Source: an uncultured Candidatus Binatia bacterium (lineage in GTDB: Bacteria; Desulfobacterota; Binatia; UBA9968; JAJDTQ01). From it: DNA of 64,000 nucleotides. The position numbers and the translations under genes were made by a program. Of the stretch, positions 9,763 to 19,358 are shown in pieces (positions within the stretch are counted from its first letter, which is position 1; each line of letters opens with the position of its first letter). The stretch lies in assembly GCA_965213675.1 (NCBI GenBank), contig OZ243916.1:1504001-1568000 (forward strand), in the 5' to 3' direction. Below the pieces are notes generated by a model that worked only from the letters and a program-made list of their open reading frames with translations, was not told the DNA's origin and did not search any database.

Positions 9763-10548
9763 CTACATGCCAAAGCCCGTCATCCCCTGCTCATCCTCGC
9801 CAATGCTCCACGGGATCAGCCAGATCTCCAGCAGCACCAGAACGCCGTAAAGGACCAGACCCAGGGCCGACAGCACGACGAGAGCCGCGAACATGAACGG
9901 CGTATTGACCTCGTAGTTGGCGACCATGACCAGGTACCCGAGGCCGGTGTTGCCACCCACGAACTCGCCGATGATGGCGCCGATGACCGCCAGCGTGATG
10001 GCGATCTTGAGGCCGCCGAAAAACTGCGGCAACGCGTTCGGCAGCCGGACCTTGGTGAAGATCTGCCAGTTCGAGGCCTGGAGCGACTTGACGAGGTCCA
10101 GCATCTCGGGCTGCACCATGCGCATACCCTGGACCGTGGTGACGATGATGGGGAACCATGAGACCAGGAACGCGATGAGCACCTTGGACATCTCGCCGTA
10201 ACCCACCCAGATCAGCAGCAGCGGCGCGATGGCCACCTTGGGAACGATCTGGGCCACGAGGATCAGCGGGTAGAGAAGATTCTGAAGCAACCGGGAGTAG
10301 ACGATCATGACGGCGGAGACCACCCCCAGCACGAGCCCCATGAGAAACCCGTAGATGGTTTCCCGGAAGGTCACGAGGCAGTTCTGCATGAGGGGAAGGA
10401 ACTTTTCGTGGATGGTCAGGGCCACCACCGACGGCGCGGGCAGCAGAAACTCGGAAACCGACAACAACCTCACCGACACCTCCCAAAGCAGCGTGAAGAG
10501 GATGAGACTGAAGGCGATGGTGCCAATCTCCTTGAAACGTTCGACCAT
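9763..10548 (-). CDS. ABC transporter permease (NitT/TauT family)
   Basis: LLPAPS, QIVPKVAIAPL, KVRLPNALP, GAIIGEF.G...GLG. Confidence 0.9.
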   Translation of the reverse strand: MVERFKEIGTIAFSLILFTLLWEVSVRLLSVSEFLLPAPSVVALTIHEKFLPLMQNCLVTFRETIYGFLMGLVLGVVSAVMIVYSRLLQNLLYPLILVAQIVPKVAIAPLLLIWVGYGEMSKVLIAFLVSWFPIIVTTVQGMRMVQPEMLDLVKSLQASNWQIFTKVRLPNALPQFFGGLKIAITLAVIGAIIGEFVGGNTGLGYLVMVANYEVNTPFMFAALVVLSALGLVLYGVLVLLEIWLIPWSIGEDEQGMTGFGM

Positions 10549-10854
10549 GCTTGTCCTCGCTCTTGCCCTCGACCTTTCCCTCACGCGACCGTGGGTCCCC
10601 GGGCAGGCCCTCGGAACCGGGTTCAGGACGCTTCATAACACAAGCTCGCGCTCACACAACCCCCGAGTCATGTCCAATGAAGGACTCAATGACAAAGGAG
10701 CCTGAAAGGCTGTGGGAATCCAGCAAAAAATGCGTTTGAATTCCAGGGATGCGTGTGCCGCGAATTCGTGCGACAAGTGGCGCAGGAATTGCCATTCGCC
10801 GGATTTGTCGTTAGCCGTAAGGGAACAGCGCATCTTCTTGGGAAAGGACCCGGC

Positions 10855-11079
10855 ATGGCGGACAAGGTGCTGATCTTCGGGCACGACTTCTGACCCTACA
10901 CGTCGAGTGCCCGTGCGGACTACTCGGACCGAAACTACACCGTCGCTTACGTCAATGTGCAGGAAGACGAAGACGGCCTCAGGCGCATGCTCGCCCTGAA
11001 TGAAGGCAACCGGGACATCCCGGTGATCGTGGAGGGAGACAGGGTCACCGTCGGATTCGGTGGGAGCTGAGCCGTGTAG
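10855..11079 (+). CDS. Glutaredoxin-like selenoprotein with two in-frame UGA codons (UXX-star type)
   Basis: MADKVLIFGHDF-U-PYTSSARADYSDRNYTVAYVNVQEDEDGLRRMLALNEGNRDIPVIVEGDRVTVGFGGS-U-AV*. TGA at 10891-10893 and 11068-11070, RBS GGAAAGGA, and a hairpin downstream of each UGA. Confidence 0.85.
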
Positions 11080-11158
11080 CGGCCGCGGTCGCGGCCCCGG
11101 AATGAACAGCCCGGAAGCCTTCAGCAACCTTCAGGAGCGCGCGCATGCAACCGTCACG

Positions 11159-13018
11159 ATGAAACTGTTCAGATTTCGTCCCGAGCGCCGCGCGCAGTTG
11201 TACGTGTTCGTACGCGCCGCTCTCCAAACCGCCTGCTGCCTGGCGGTCGCCGCTTGCGCGGTGCCGGAGCCTCCGGCGCCCTCCGTCGTGCCAGCGCCCG
11301 AACTCGCAGTGGCCTACGAAGTCGTCCTGGAAGGCTCGCCGTCGGACAAGATCCGGGAACTCGCGGGCCGCACCCTCATGACCTACCGGTTCAAGGACGA
11401 CGGCGCCCCCAGCGCGCACTTCCTCCTGCGCCGCGCCCAGGAGGACGAGGCCAGACTGGTTGCGATCCTGCACTCGCAGGGCCATTACACAGCGTCGGCG
11501 AAGGCGCGCGTGGAAGCGCCGGCGGGACGCGCCACCGTGACCTTTTCCATCGAAGCCGGACCCGTGTTCACGCTGGCGGAGCACGTATTCCTTCTGGAAG
11601 GCGGCGGCACGGGGGAGGCAATCGCGCTGGACGCGCGGGAGATGGGCTCTCCGCTGGGCGGCGCAGCCCTGTCGGCCCGAATCGTGGACGCGGAGCGGGC
11701 CGCGGTGGAGACGCTCCATCGCCGGGGGTTCCCCTACGCGGCCTTCGTCAAGCGATCGGGATCCGCCAAGCCGGCGACAAACACCCTGACGGTGACGAGC
11801 GCCATCGCCACCGGGCCGGCTTGCCTGTTCGGGCCGGTGACCTTCACGGGCCTGGAATCCGTTACGGAGGACTACGTCCTTACGTATCTGCCGTGGAAAC
11901 CCGGACAATCCGTGGACGCCGATGCGCTCACGGAATACCAGCGCCGCCTGGCGTCCACCGAACTCTTCAAATCGGTCTCGGTGGACATTCCCGCGGCCCC
12001 GCCCGGCGACCGGGGAACAGCCGTGTTGCCCGTGCAAGTGGTTCTTGAAGAGGGCGTGAGGCGGCGCATCGCGGGCGGTTTGCGCTACGACACCGACGCC
12101 GGGCCATCCGCGCAGGCCAGCTTCCGCCACCGGAACATCTTCGGGGCCAACGAGATGCTGCTCCTCTCGGGAGAGGGGGGGCGTGTGGAACAGAGCCTGG
12201 AAGTGGAGTTGCGCAAGCCTCAATACCTCCGTCCGGGCCAGGAGTTGCGCACCAGCCTGAGCGTGGAGCAAAAGGACGAAGAGGCCTTCGAGGCGCTCAC
12301 CGGCATCGGTTTCCTGGGGCTCTCGCGGCGACTGGACCGCAAGTGGGAGATAGGCGGCGGCGGCGAACTGGAACTCGGCACGGTGCGAGACGCCGGCGAC
12401 GACGTGGAGACCCGGCTGATTGCCGCGCCGGTGTTCGCCATCTACGACAGTACCGGCGACCTTCTCGATCCCAAGAGGGGCAGGCGCTTCCGGCTGGATG
12501 CCGTGCCGCACGCGGGGCTCCTCGACAAGTCGTGGACGTCTTTCCTCACCCTCGACGCCACCGCGTCCGCCTATTCCCGCCTCGGCGGGGACGCCCGCTA
12601 CGTGGCGGCGGCGCGGGGGCGCGGCGCATTGATCGTTTCCGAGGGGCTCCACTCGGTGCCGGCGAACCGGCGGCTGTATGCCGGGGGCGGCGAATCCATC
12701 CGGGGCTACGGGCGTTACACCATCGGACCGCTCGACGACGACCACAAGCCCGTGGGAGGCCGCATGGCGCTGGAGGCCGATGGCGAGTTGCGCTGGCGCC
12801 TCACCGACAGCTTCGGCACCGTCGGCTTTCTCGCCGCGGGCGCGGTTTCCCGGAACGTCAGCGGCCATGTCTTCGACGACGTCCTGTGGGCCGCCGGCCT
12901 CGGCCTCCGCTACTTCTCCGCCGCCGGCCCCATCCGGCTCGACGTCGCCGTCCCCCTGAACGCACGGCCCGTGGACGATGACTTTCATCTCTATCTTTCC
13001 ATGGGACAGGCTTTCTGA
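11159..13018 (+). CDS. tamA: TamA, Omp85-family translocation and assembly module outer-membrane subunit
   Basis: POTRA-like region, RLYAGGGESIRGY, GLGLRY...GPIRLDVA.P and C-terminal GQAF. Start uncertain. Confidence 0.88.
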   Translation: MKLFRFRPERRAQLYVFVRAALQTACCLAVAACAVPEPPAPSVVPAPELAVAYEVVLEGSPSDKIRELAGRTLMTYRFKDDGAPSAHFLLRRAQEDEARLVAILHSQGHYTASAKARVEAPAGRATVTFSIEAGPVFTLAEHVFLLEGGGTGEAIALDAREMGSPLGGAALSARIVDAERAAVETLHRRGFPYAAFVKRSGSAKPATNTLTVTSAIATGPACLFGPVTFTGLESVTEDYVLTYLPWKPGQSVDADALTEYQRRLASTELFKSVSVDIPAAPPGDRGTAVLPVQVVLEEGVRRRIAGGLRYDTDAGPSAQASFRHRNIFGANEMLLLSGEGGRVEQSLEVELRKPQYLRPGQELRTSLSVEQKDEEAFEALTGIGFLGLSRRLDRKWEIGGGGELELGTVRDAGDDVETRLIAAPVFAIYDSTGDLLDPKRGRRFRLDAVPHAGLLDKSWTSFLTLDATASAYSRLGGDARYVAAARGRGALIVSEGLHSVPANRRLYAGGGESIRGYGRYTIGPLDDDHKPVGGRMALEADGELRWRLTDSFGTVGFLAAGAVSRNVSGHVFDDVLWAAGLGLRYFSAAGPIRLDVAVPLNARPVDDDFHLYLSMGQAF

Positions 13019-15600
13019 TGCGCCGCGTTCTGTGGATAGCCGTTCTCCTGGCAGGCCTCCTGTGGCCGTGCGCCGGCCCGCAGGCACAGATTCAGTTTCA
13101 CACCATCCGGAACAAGCTCATCCGGCTGGCACTGGACCAGATCAGCTCGCCGGGCTCGTTCGAGATACAGGCGCATTCCATCGAGGGCGGCGACGACGGC
13201 CTGACCAGTCTCGTGGGCGTGGAGGTCTCGGACGGCACGGGCGTGTGGATGGACATTGAGCGCGTGAACTTCGCATGGGAACCCCAGAAGCTCCTCGACG
13301 GCGAGTTGGCCATCCGGCGCCTGGAGTTCGTCGGCGTCAACGTGACGCGCAAGCCGTCCGAACGCGCCGAGTTGCCGCGGTTGAAGCCCCAGCCCCGCTG
13401 GCGGCGCGGCCCGTTTGACTGGCCGCGGGCACCCATCGCGCTTTCGCTCGAAGGAATCCGGCTCCAGCGCGTGTCCATCGCCAAGGGCGTGCTGCCGCAG
13501 CCCATCCGGTTCGACGCGGAAGGACGGGCGTCGGACAAGGACGACCTTCAGGAGATCATGCTGCGCCTGCGCCGCACGGACGCGGTGGAAGGGCAAATTG
13601 CCCTGCGGCTCCGGCGCGACTTTGCCGCGCGCACGGCGCGCCTCCACGCCGTCGCCGAGGAGGCGGCCGGCGGCATGGTTGCGGCGCTGACGGGCTTGCC
13701 GAAAGACGCCCCTACCCGTCTCGTGCTCAGCGCGGACGGACCGCCGGAGGACTGGCGCCTCCATTTCGACGCAACCGCCAAGGGAACCTTCGCCGCCGAG
13801 GGCCGCGCCACCGTTTCGCATACCGGCGGAGAGGAGATCAAGGTCGTCGTGGATTCGGTGGACGCCCGGTTCGCGTCCGAGACGGTCCGGCTCGGGAAAC
13901 CGATGAACGTGCGCGTCGGTATCGACGGGTTCGAGGTCTCCGGGTTCGACCTGAGGCCCGGGTCTGGCGGCGCCATCACCGGAACCCTTCGCGGTACGGA
14001 GAAGGGACTGGCCGGCCGCCTGTCCGCAAAGAACTTGTCCATGGCCGCGGCGAGCAGGCTGGCGGGCACGCCCGCCATCACCGGAACCCTGGACCTCGAC
14101 GCCGCTTTCGACACGCAACCACCCAAGCCGAACGCGCGCGTCAAGGCCCGTGGCCGGGATGTCGTCTTCGTGGGATTCGAGGATGGCGGCGTCACCCAGG
14201 TGGACCTGGATGGAGCCTGGGACGGCGCGCAACTGACGACGTGGTCGGAGATCAGAGGCGCCTTCGACACGCCGGTGCGCGCGCGGCTCGCCATGGCCGC
14301 CGGCGCCGGCGAGAACGGCCTGCCCATATTCTCCAGGGACGCGGAACTGAAGGGTTCCCTGACCTGGCGCGGCCGCCTCGAACGAATATGGGCGCTCGTT
14401 CCAACCACGCGGCACCAGTTCGATGGCGCCGTGGACATCGACGTCCATGTCGCCGGTTCCCTGGCGACGCCGCGGCTTTCCGGGCACGGCAGCGTCACCG
14501 GCGGGGAATACCGCAGCGTGGACGCGGGCACGGTGCTGACGGATCTCGCGATTCAGGCCCAGCTCGCGGGCAACGACCGCATCGGCCTGACCGCGGCGGC
14601 GTCGGATCAGGGCGACGGCAAGCTCAACGCCAGCGGCGCGATCCACTTGGGACGCAGCGTGGACCTGAATCTCCGCATCGACGAAGCCACACTGATTCGC
14701 CGTGACGACCTCACCGCGCGCCTGAGCGGCGCCGCGGCGCTCAACGGCACCTTCGAGCACCTGGCGCTAAGCGGCGACCTGGAGGTGGACCGGGCCGAGT
14801 ACCGCCTTGAAGACGCAACGCCCCGCGAAGTGGTGGAGCTTGAGGGCATCCGCATCGAGGGGGCGCCCGAGGATACGCAAAAGGACGCGCCGGCGGTCCT
14901 GTCCCTGGACCTCAGGCTGCGAGCCGGTCGCCGGGTGTTCATCAGGGGACGCGGCGTCGATTCCGAATGGAGCATGGCACTGAGGACCACGGGAACGCCT
15001 ACGGCGCCCATGCTCGCGGGCACGCTTCAGAGGGTGCGCGGCGAGCTCGAGTTCCTTGGCAAACCCTTCGACCTGGTGCAGGGCCAGATCATTTTCGACC
15101 AGGGCCGCGAGCTGGAACCCCGGATCGACGTGAGACTGGAGCGAAGCGCGAACACGCATCAAGGGGGACTCCACCTGAGCGGCCGCGCCACGAAGCCGAG
15201 GATCCGGTTCGTCTCACAGTCGGGACTGCCCGAGGAGGAGGTGATGCCGCAGCTCCTGTTCGGCGCCTCCCGGCAGTCGCTCACCGTGGCGCAGGCGATC
15301 CAGCTCTCCGTCGCTCTCGCCAACCTGTTCGGCGAAGGCGTCGTCTTCGGGCTGCAGGAGAACCTGCGCACGGCGGCGCGGCTCGACAACCTGCAACTGT
15401 CGGGCACGGACGCCGACTCCGTGTCCGTGACCCTTGGCAAGAACCTCGGCGATGTCTTCGTAGGCGCCAGACAGAGCCTTCTCGGCAGACGATCCTCCAT
15501 CGTGGTCGAGTTCGAAGTTTCCGACAACGTGCTGCTGGACAGCGAATTCACCCACGAACGGGGTTCGAACATCGGTGTCCAATGGCACATGGACTTCTGA
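13018..15600 (+). CDS. tamB: TamB translocation and assembly module subunit
   Basis: Overlaps the tamA stop (TGATG). N-terminal DG.GVWM..ER, and a DUF490-like C-terminus (FIRGRGVDSEW, S.SGLPEEEVMPQLLFG, W..DF). Confidence 0.85.
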   Translation: MRRVLWIAVLLAGLLWPCAGPQAQIQFHTIRNKLIRLALDQISSPGSFEIQAHSIEGGDDGLTSLVGVEVSDGTGVWMDIERVNFAWEPQKLLDGELAIRRLEFVGVNVTRKPSERAELPRLKPQPRWRRGPFDWPRAPIALSLEGIRLQRVSIAKGVLPQPIRFDAEGRASDKDDLQEIMLRLRRTDAVEGQIALRLRRDFAARTARLHAVAEEAAGGMVAALTGLPKDAPTRLVLSADGPPEDWRLHFDATAKGTFAAEGRATVSHTGGEEIKVVVDSVDARFASETVRLGKPMNVRVGIDGFEVSGFDLRPGSGGAITGTLRGTEKGLAGRLSAKNLSMAAASRLAGTPAITGTLDLDAAFDTQPPKPNARVKARGRDVVFVGFEDGGVTQVDLDGAWDGAQLTTWSEIRGAFDTPVRARLAMAAGAGENGLPIFSRDAELKGSLTWRGRLERIWALVPTTRHQFDGAVDIDVHVAGSLATPRLSGHGSVTGGEYRSVDAGTVLTDLAIQAQLAGNDRIGLTAAASDQGDGKLNASGAIHLGRSVDLNLRIDEATLIRRDDLTARLSGAAALNGTFEHLALSGDLEVDRAEYRLEDATPREVVELEGIRIEGAPEDTQKDAPAVLSLDLRLRAGRRVFIRGRGVDSEWSMALRTTGTPTAPMLAGTLQRVRGELEFLGKPFDLVQGQIIFDQGRELEPRIDVRLERSANTHQGGLHLSGRATKPRIRFVSQSGLPEEEVMPQLLFGASRQSLTVAQAIQLSVALANLFGEGVVFGLQENLRTAARLDNLQLSGTDADSVSVTLGKNLGDVFVGARQSLLGRRSSIVVEFEVSDNVLLDSEFTHERGSNIGVQWHMDF

Positions 15601-15735
15601 CTCCGCCCATTGCCAGCGCTTCGCCCCCCGCACCGTGGCCGGCGCCGCCAGAATAAATTGACTTGCGTCAGCCTCTTCGGATATTCTCCACCCCGACAGC
15701 CAGACCGTTTTACCGGAACCGTTCGGAGGTGAACG

Positions 15736-16698
15736 ATGATCAAGCACGTCGTTCTCGTCAAGCTGAAGCCCGAGGCGTCCCCCCAGCAGATCGGCCGCAT
15801 GATCGCCGGCTACAATTCCATGAAGGACTCCATCCCGGACCTGCTGGGTTGGTCCATGGGGCCGAACCTGCGCCGCGACGGTGACTACGACTTTGCCATG
15901 GTCGCCGTTTGCGAGGACGCGGAGAGCCTGCAGCGCTACGTCGACCATCCGCTGCACCGGCAGGTGGCAACGGAATTGGGGCGGCCCCTTTTCGAGAGAC
16001 GCGAGATCGCGGATTTCGAGTTCGATCCCGAAGAGGAGATGTGGGAACCGCAGGTGCAGGAAGTATGGACCGAACTGTCGGACACGGTGAAGCCCGCGCA
16101 CACGGCCTTGGTGGTCATCGACGTGCAGAACGATTTCTGCGCTCCCGGGGGCGCGCGCATGAAGGGAGACCTGAGCTTCGTCGAGGCCATGCGCGAGCCC
16201 CTGCGGCTCATGGTGGATGCGGCCCGGGCCGCCGGCATTCCGGTCATCTACACACAGACTTCCAACGACAACGAGCACGACAACGGCCCGATCCTGGCGC
16301 GGCGCGCCCGGGTGGGGCTGGCCAACGCCAAATATACCGTGCCTGGAACCCCGGGATGGGATGTCTGCGACTTCGTCGCCCCGGCTCCCGGCGACGTCCG
16401 CATCAAGAAGTGGCACCACAGCGGCTTCACCAATCCCAGGATGGACGCCACCCTGGAGCGATTCGGCATCAAGACGCTGCTCTTCACCGGCGCCGCCACC
16501 AACGGCTGCGTCGAGGCCACCGTGCGGGACGCCTTTGCCCGTGGCTACTACAACGTGGTGCTGGAGGACTGCGTGGCCGCCTACGACGCCGAACTGCAGC
16601 GTTATTCGCTCAAGAACATGGCCACGCATTTCGCGCTGGTGAGCACCAGCCGCGAGGTGCAGCGCGCCTGGGCGGAGCAAGGCGCGCTGGCAGGGTAG
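15736..16698 (+). CDS. Dabb-domain plus isochorismatase-family cysteine hydrolase fusion
   Basis: N-terminal MIKHVVLVKLK...IP...Y.DHPLH (Dabb). C-terminal ALVVIDVQNDF, IKK...SGF, GAATNGCVEATVRDA, giving an intact D-K-C triad. Confidence 0.85.
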   Translation: MIKHVVLVKLKPEASPQQIGRMIAGYNSMKDSIPDLLGWSMGPNLRRDGDYDFAMVAVCEDAESLQRYVDHPLHRQVATELGRPLFERREIADFEFDPEEEMWEPQVQEVWTELSDTVKPAHTALVVIDVQNDFCAPGGARMKGDLSFVEAMREPLRLMVDAARAAGIPVIYTQTSNDNEHDNGPILARRARVGLANAKYTVPGTPGWDVCDFVAPAPGDVRIKKWHHSGFTNPRMDATLERFGIKTLLFTGAATNGCVEATVRDAFARGYYNVVLEDCVAAYDAELQRYSLKNMATHFALVSTSREVQRAWAEQGALAG

Positions 16699-16789
16699 CA
16701 GCCGTCCGAGGCATTGGATTGTCACAATGGCAGGGGTGACCGGCGGTCCCCCTTGCCGGAATCAACCTCAACCTTCAAGGAGACCCGAC

Positions 16790-17623
16790 ATGGCCACAGC
16801 AACTGCCGAGAACCTCGAAGATGTCGTCGAAGCGACATTCCACTACATGGTCCACAGCGGTCCCAGGCCCGTCTCCGATTTCAACACGCCCAGCCTGGGA
16901 TTTCCGCGGGGCGAACGGCAGTACGAGGCGCATCCGGCGCTGGTTCGGAACGGCCGCCAGTGTCCGGACATCGCCATTGAGCACCACGGCTTCGCCCTGC
17001 GCCCGATGCCCACGAAGATGACCGACTTCTTCGACGAGGACGAGATTCGGGCGGTCTACTACCCGGAGATCGAGGCGCTCATCAAGGAGAGCACCGGCGC
17101 GTACCGGGTGCTGATCTTCGACCACACCCTGCGTTCCGGCGACGAGGCCACCCGGGAAGCCAGGGGCGTCAAGGGGCCGGTCCAGAGCGTGCACAACGAC
17201 TACACCGAGTGGTCCGGGCCGGAGCGGGTGCGAGACCTCCTGCCGGACGAAGCCGAGGACCTGTTCAAACGCCGCTTCGCGGTGGTGCAGGTGTGGCGCG
17301 GCATGCTCAACCCGGTGGTGCGCTCACCCCTGGCCATGTGCGACGCCCAGAGCATCGCCACCGAGGACCTCATCCCCACCGTGCGCCCGCATTCCAACCG
17401 GCTCGGTGAGACCTATCACCTGACGTACAACCCGGCGCACCGCTTCTACTACTTCCCCGAGATGCAGCCGGACGAGGCCATTGTCTTCAAGTGCTACGAC
17501 TCCAAGACGGACGGCCGCGCGCGCTTCTCCGCGCACTCCGCCTTTGAGCACCCCGGCACCCCGGCGGACGCGCCGCCGCGACAGAGCATCGAGATGCGCA
17601 CGCTGGCGTTTTTCGACGATTAA
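16790..17623 (+). CDS. CmcJ/NvfI/AsaB-like oxidoreductase
   Basis: HGF.L, YYPEIEALIK, FDHTLR, VHNDYT, VWR, PLAMCDA, FYYFPEMQPDEA, HSAF, RQSIEMR. Confidence 0.8.
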   Translation: MATATAENLEDVVEATFHYMVHSGPRPVSDFNTPSLGFPRGERQYEAHPALVRNGRQCPDIAIEHHGFALRPMPTKMTDFFDEDEIRAVYYPEIEALIKESTGAYRVLIFDHTLRSGDEATREARGVKGPVQSVHNDYTEWSGPERVRDLLPDEAEDLFKRRFAVVQVWRGMLNPVVRSPLAMCDAQSIATEDLIPTVRPHSNRLGETYHLTYNPAHRFYYFPEMQPDEAIVFKCYDSKTDGRARFSAHSAFEHPGTPADAPPRQSIEMRTLAFFDD

Positions 17624-17670
17624 CCCGCAATGTTGCAAAAAGTTCGTCGAGGTTGATTCGAAACACGGCC

Positions 17671-17805
17671 TGCGAAGCGTCATTGGCGTGAAAGCTTGCC
17701 CTCGACCCCGATCGGGGGCGGGAATCCAGGCGGGGCGGGGGCGGGGACACCGCCAGTGGGGTCCCTCTCTCTGGATTCCCGCCTTCGCGGGAATGACGCT
17801 TCGTA
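17671..17805. repeat. REP doublet (GTCATTCCCGCGAANGCGGGAATCCAG family)
   Basis: Inverted pair ...GCGGGAATCCAG / CTGGATTCCCGCCTTCGCGGGAATGAC. The left unit has an extra hairpin in its loop. Confidence 0.8.
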
Positions 17806-18060
17806 AAACTTCCCATGACCCTACTCTGCCGCTCAACCTCACCTACAGCGACATTCCCCAACAACCCCCTACCTGCAAATCCCATCCCACTTGCCTCCCC
17901 ATCCTCTCCTCGCCTCCAGCTTCCGCAACATTGGGGTAACGGCTCGGGAAGAATCGGATCAGGGGCTGCCAAGCAAGGATGGCGCCCTTCGGCATCCTGT
18001 CAAGGGGCACGGTCAACCTGACCCACACCGGTCTGTACACCCGCCGTGGGGCCGCCCGCG

Positions 18061-18441
18061 TCAGGACTCGTCGTCGAAGCCGCGCTTGAAGCGCCGCCGC
18101 CAGTAGGCGTCCAGCGCCTCGTACAGGCCAGGGTCCGCCCTCTTGTTCTTGACGAACCAGTCGCCGAGGATGTCGATGCTGTGATCCACGTCCACCACCG
18201 GGTTGGATGCGAACAGCACCATCTGGGCCAACGCCTTGCGGCTGGCGTTCTTCTCCAGCGCGTTCCCCAACCCGATGAGAAACACGTCCCGTTCATTCTC
18301 CCGAAGGCGGTTGTAGAGGCTCCATAGCACGGACGCGGCGCCGTAACGCTCCACATCGGCGGCGGTCTCAGGGTCGAGCCCCAGGGTGATGCGGACGATC
18401 AGGCGCTCGTAGCCCCTTATGTCGTAGTAGTCGTGCGGCAT
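18061..18441 (-). CDS. Hypothetical protein (126 aa)
   Basis: Clean ATG-TGA ORF with host-like codon usage and globular composition. No recognised motif. Confidence 0.65.
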   Translation of the reverse strand: MPHDYYDIRGYERLIVRITLGLDPETAADVERYGAASVLWSLYNRLRENERDVFLIGLGNALEKNASRKALAQMVLFASNPVVDVDHSIDILGDWFVKNKRADPGLYEALDAYWRRRFKRGFDDES

Positions 18442-18533
18442 TGCCGTTGATTTCGGGATGCGCCAGCGCCCCGATCATCATCCCTGCCCCCGCCGTCATT
18501 CCCGCGGGCTCGCTGCCATTCCCTCTGTCCCTC

Positions 18534-18819
18534 CGTGATTCCCACCACCCCTGCGTCATTCCCACCACCCCTGCGTCATTCCCACCACCCCCGTCATTCC
18601 CACCACCCCTGCGTCATTCCCACCACCCCTGCGTCATTCCCACCACCCCTGCGTCATTCCCACCACCCCTGCGTCACTCCCACCACCCCTGCGTCACTCC
18701 CACCACCCTGCGTCACTCCCACCACCCTGCGTCATTCCCACCACCCCTGCGTCACTCCCACCACCCTGCGTCACTCCCACCACCCTGCGTCACTCCCACC
18801 ACCCTGCGTCACTCCCACC
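18534..18819. repeat. Tandem array, 15 units of 18-20 bp (CGTCAYTCCCACCACCCCTG)
   Basis: Counted directly. There are no spacers between units. Confidence 0.95.
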
Positions 18820-18934
18820 GACTGTCATTCCCGCGAAAGCGGGAATCCAGGTGGGGTTGGGCGGGGAAGCACGTCCGTTTGCCCCTCCGCCCCTGGATTC
18901 CCGCTTTCGCGGGAATGACAGTCGGTGGGAGTGA
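18809..18934. repeat. REP doublet with extended inverted arms
   Basis: TCACTCCCACCGACTGTCATTCCCGCGAAAGCGGGAATCCAGG ... CCTGGATTCCCGCTTTCGCGGGAATGACAGTCGGTGGGAGTGA. Confidence 0.9.
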
Positions 18935-19160
18935 GACAGTCGGGGGAAGTGAGAAGGACGGGGGAAGTGAGAAGGACGGCGGTAGTGAAAGGACAGCGGG
19001 AGTGAGAAGGACGGCGGGAGTGAAAGGACAGCGGGAGTGAAAAGGACAGCGGGAGTGAAAAGGACAGCGGGAGTGAAAGGACAACGGTAGTAAAAGGACA
19101 GCGGCGGTGGAAGGACAGCGGGAGTGAAACGGACGGTGGGGTTGGAAGGACGGCGGGGGG
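18917..19160. repeat. Degenerate tandem array, about 14 units of 17-22 bp (GACAGCGGGAGTGAAAG)
   Basis: Counted directly. GGGAGTGA is the reverse complement of the left-array core. Confidence 0.9.
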
Positions 19161-19193
19161 CATGGCGGATTCGAAGTGTTGAAGGCCGAGGGG

Positions 19194-19358
19194 CTCGTGT
19201 CGTGTCCCCTAAATTCCTGCGACAAGTTGCGCAGGATTTCTTGCTGTCGGCAGGGCGCGATGACGAGCAGTGGCGGGCGCCACGCGAGGAAGAACAACGC
19301 AGCCGACAGCGAAATAGACCCGCAAGTTATCGCAGGAATTTACGGGACACGACACTAG
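19194..19358 (+). repeat. 165-bp palindromic dispersed element, copy 2
   Basis: CTCG-TGTCGTGTCCCCTAAATTCCTGCGA...TCGCAGGAATTTACGGGACACGACA-CTAG, with the same core as copy 1. Confidence 0.85.

Noticed and set aside
10633-11127. 164-aa minus-strand ORF
   Set aside because: It lies antisense to the selenoprotein gene, which has an RBS, a glutaredoxin signature and SECIS-like hairpins.
18534-19160. Possible CRISPR array
   Set aside because: The units are contiguous 17-22-mers with no unique spacers, and they derive from REP ends.
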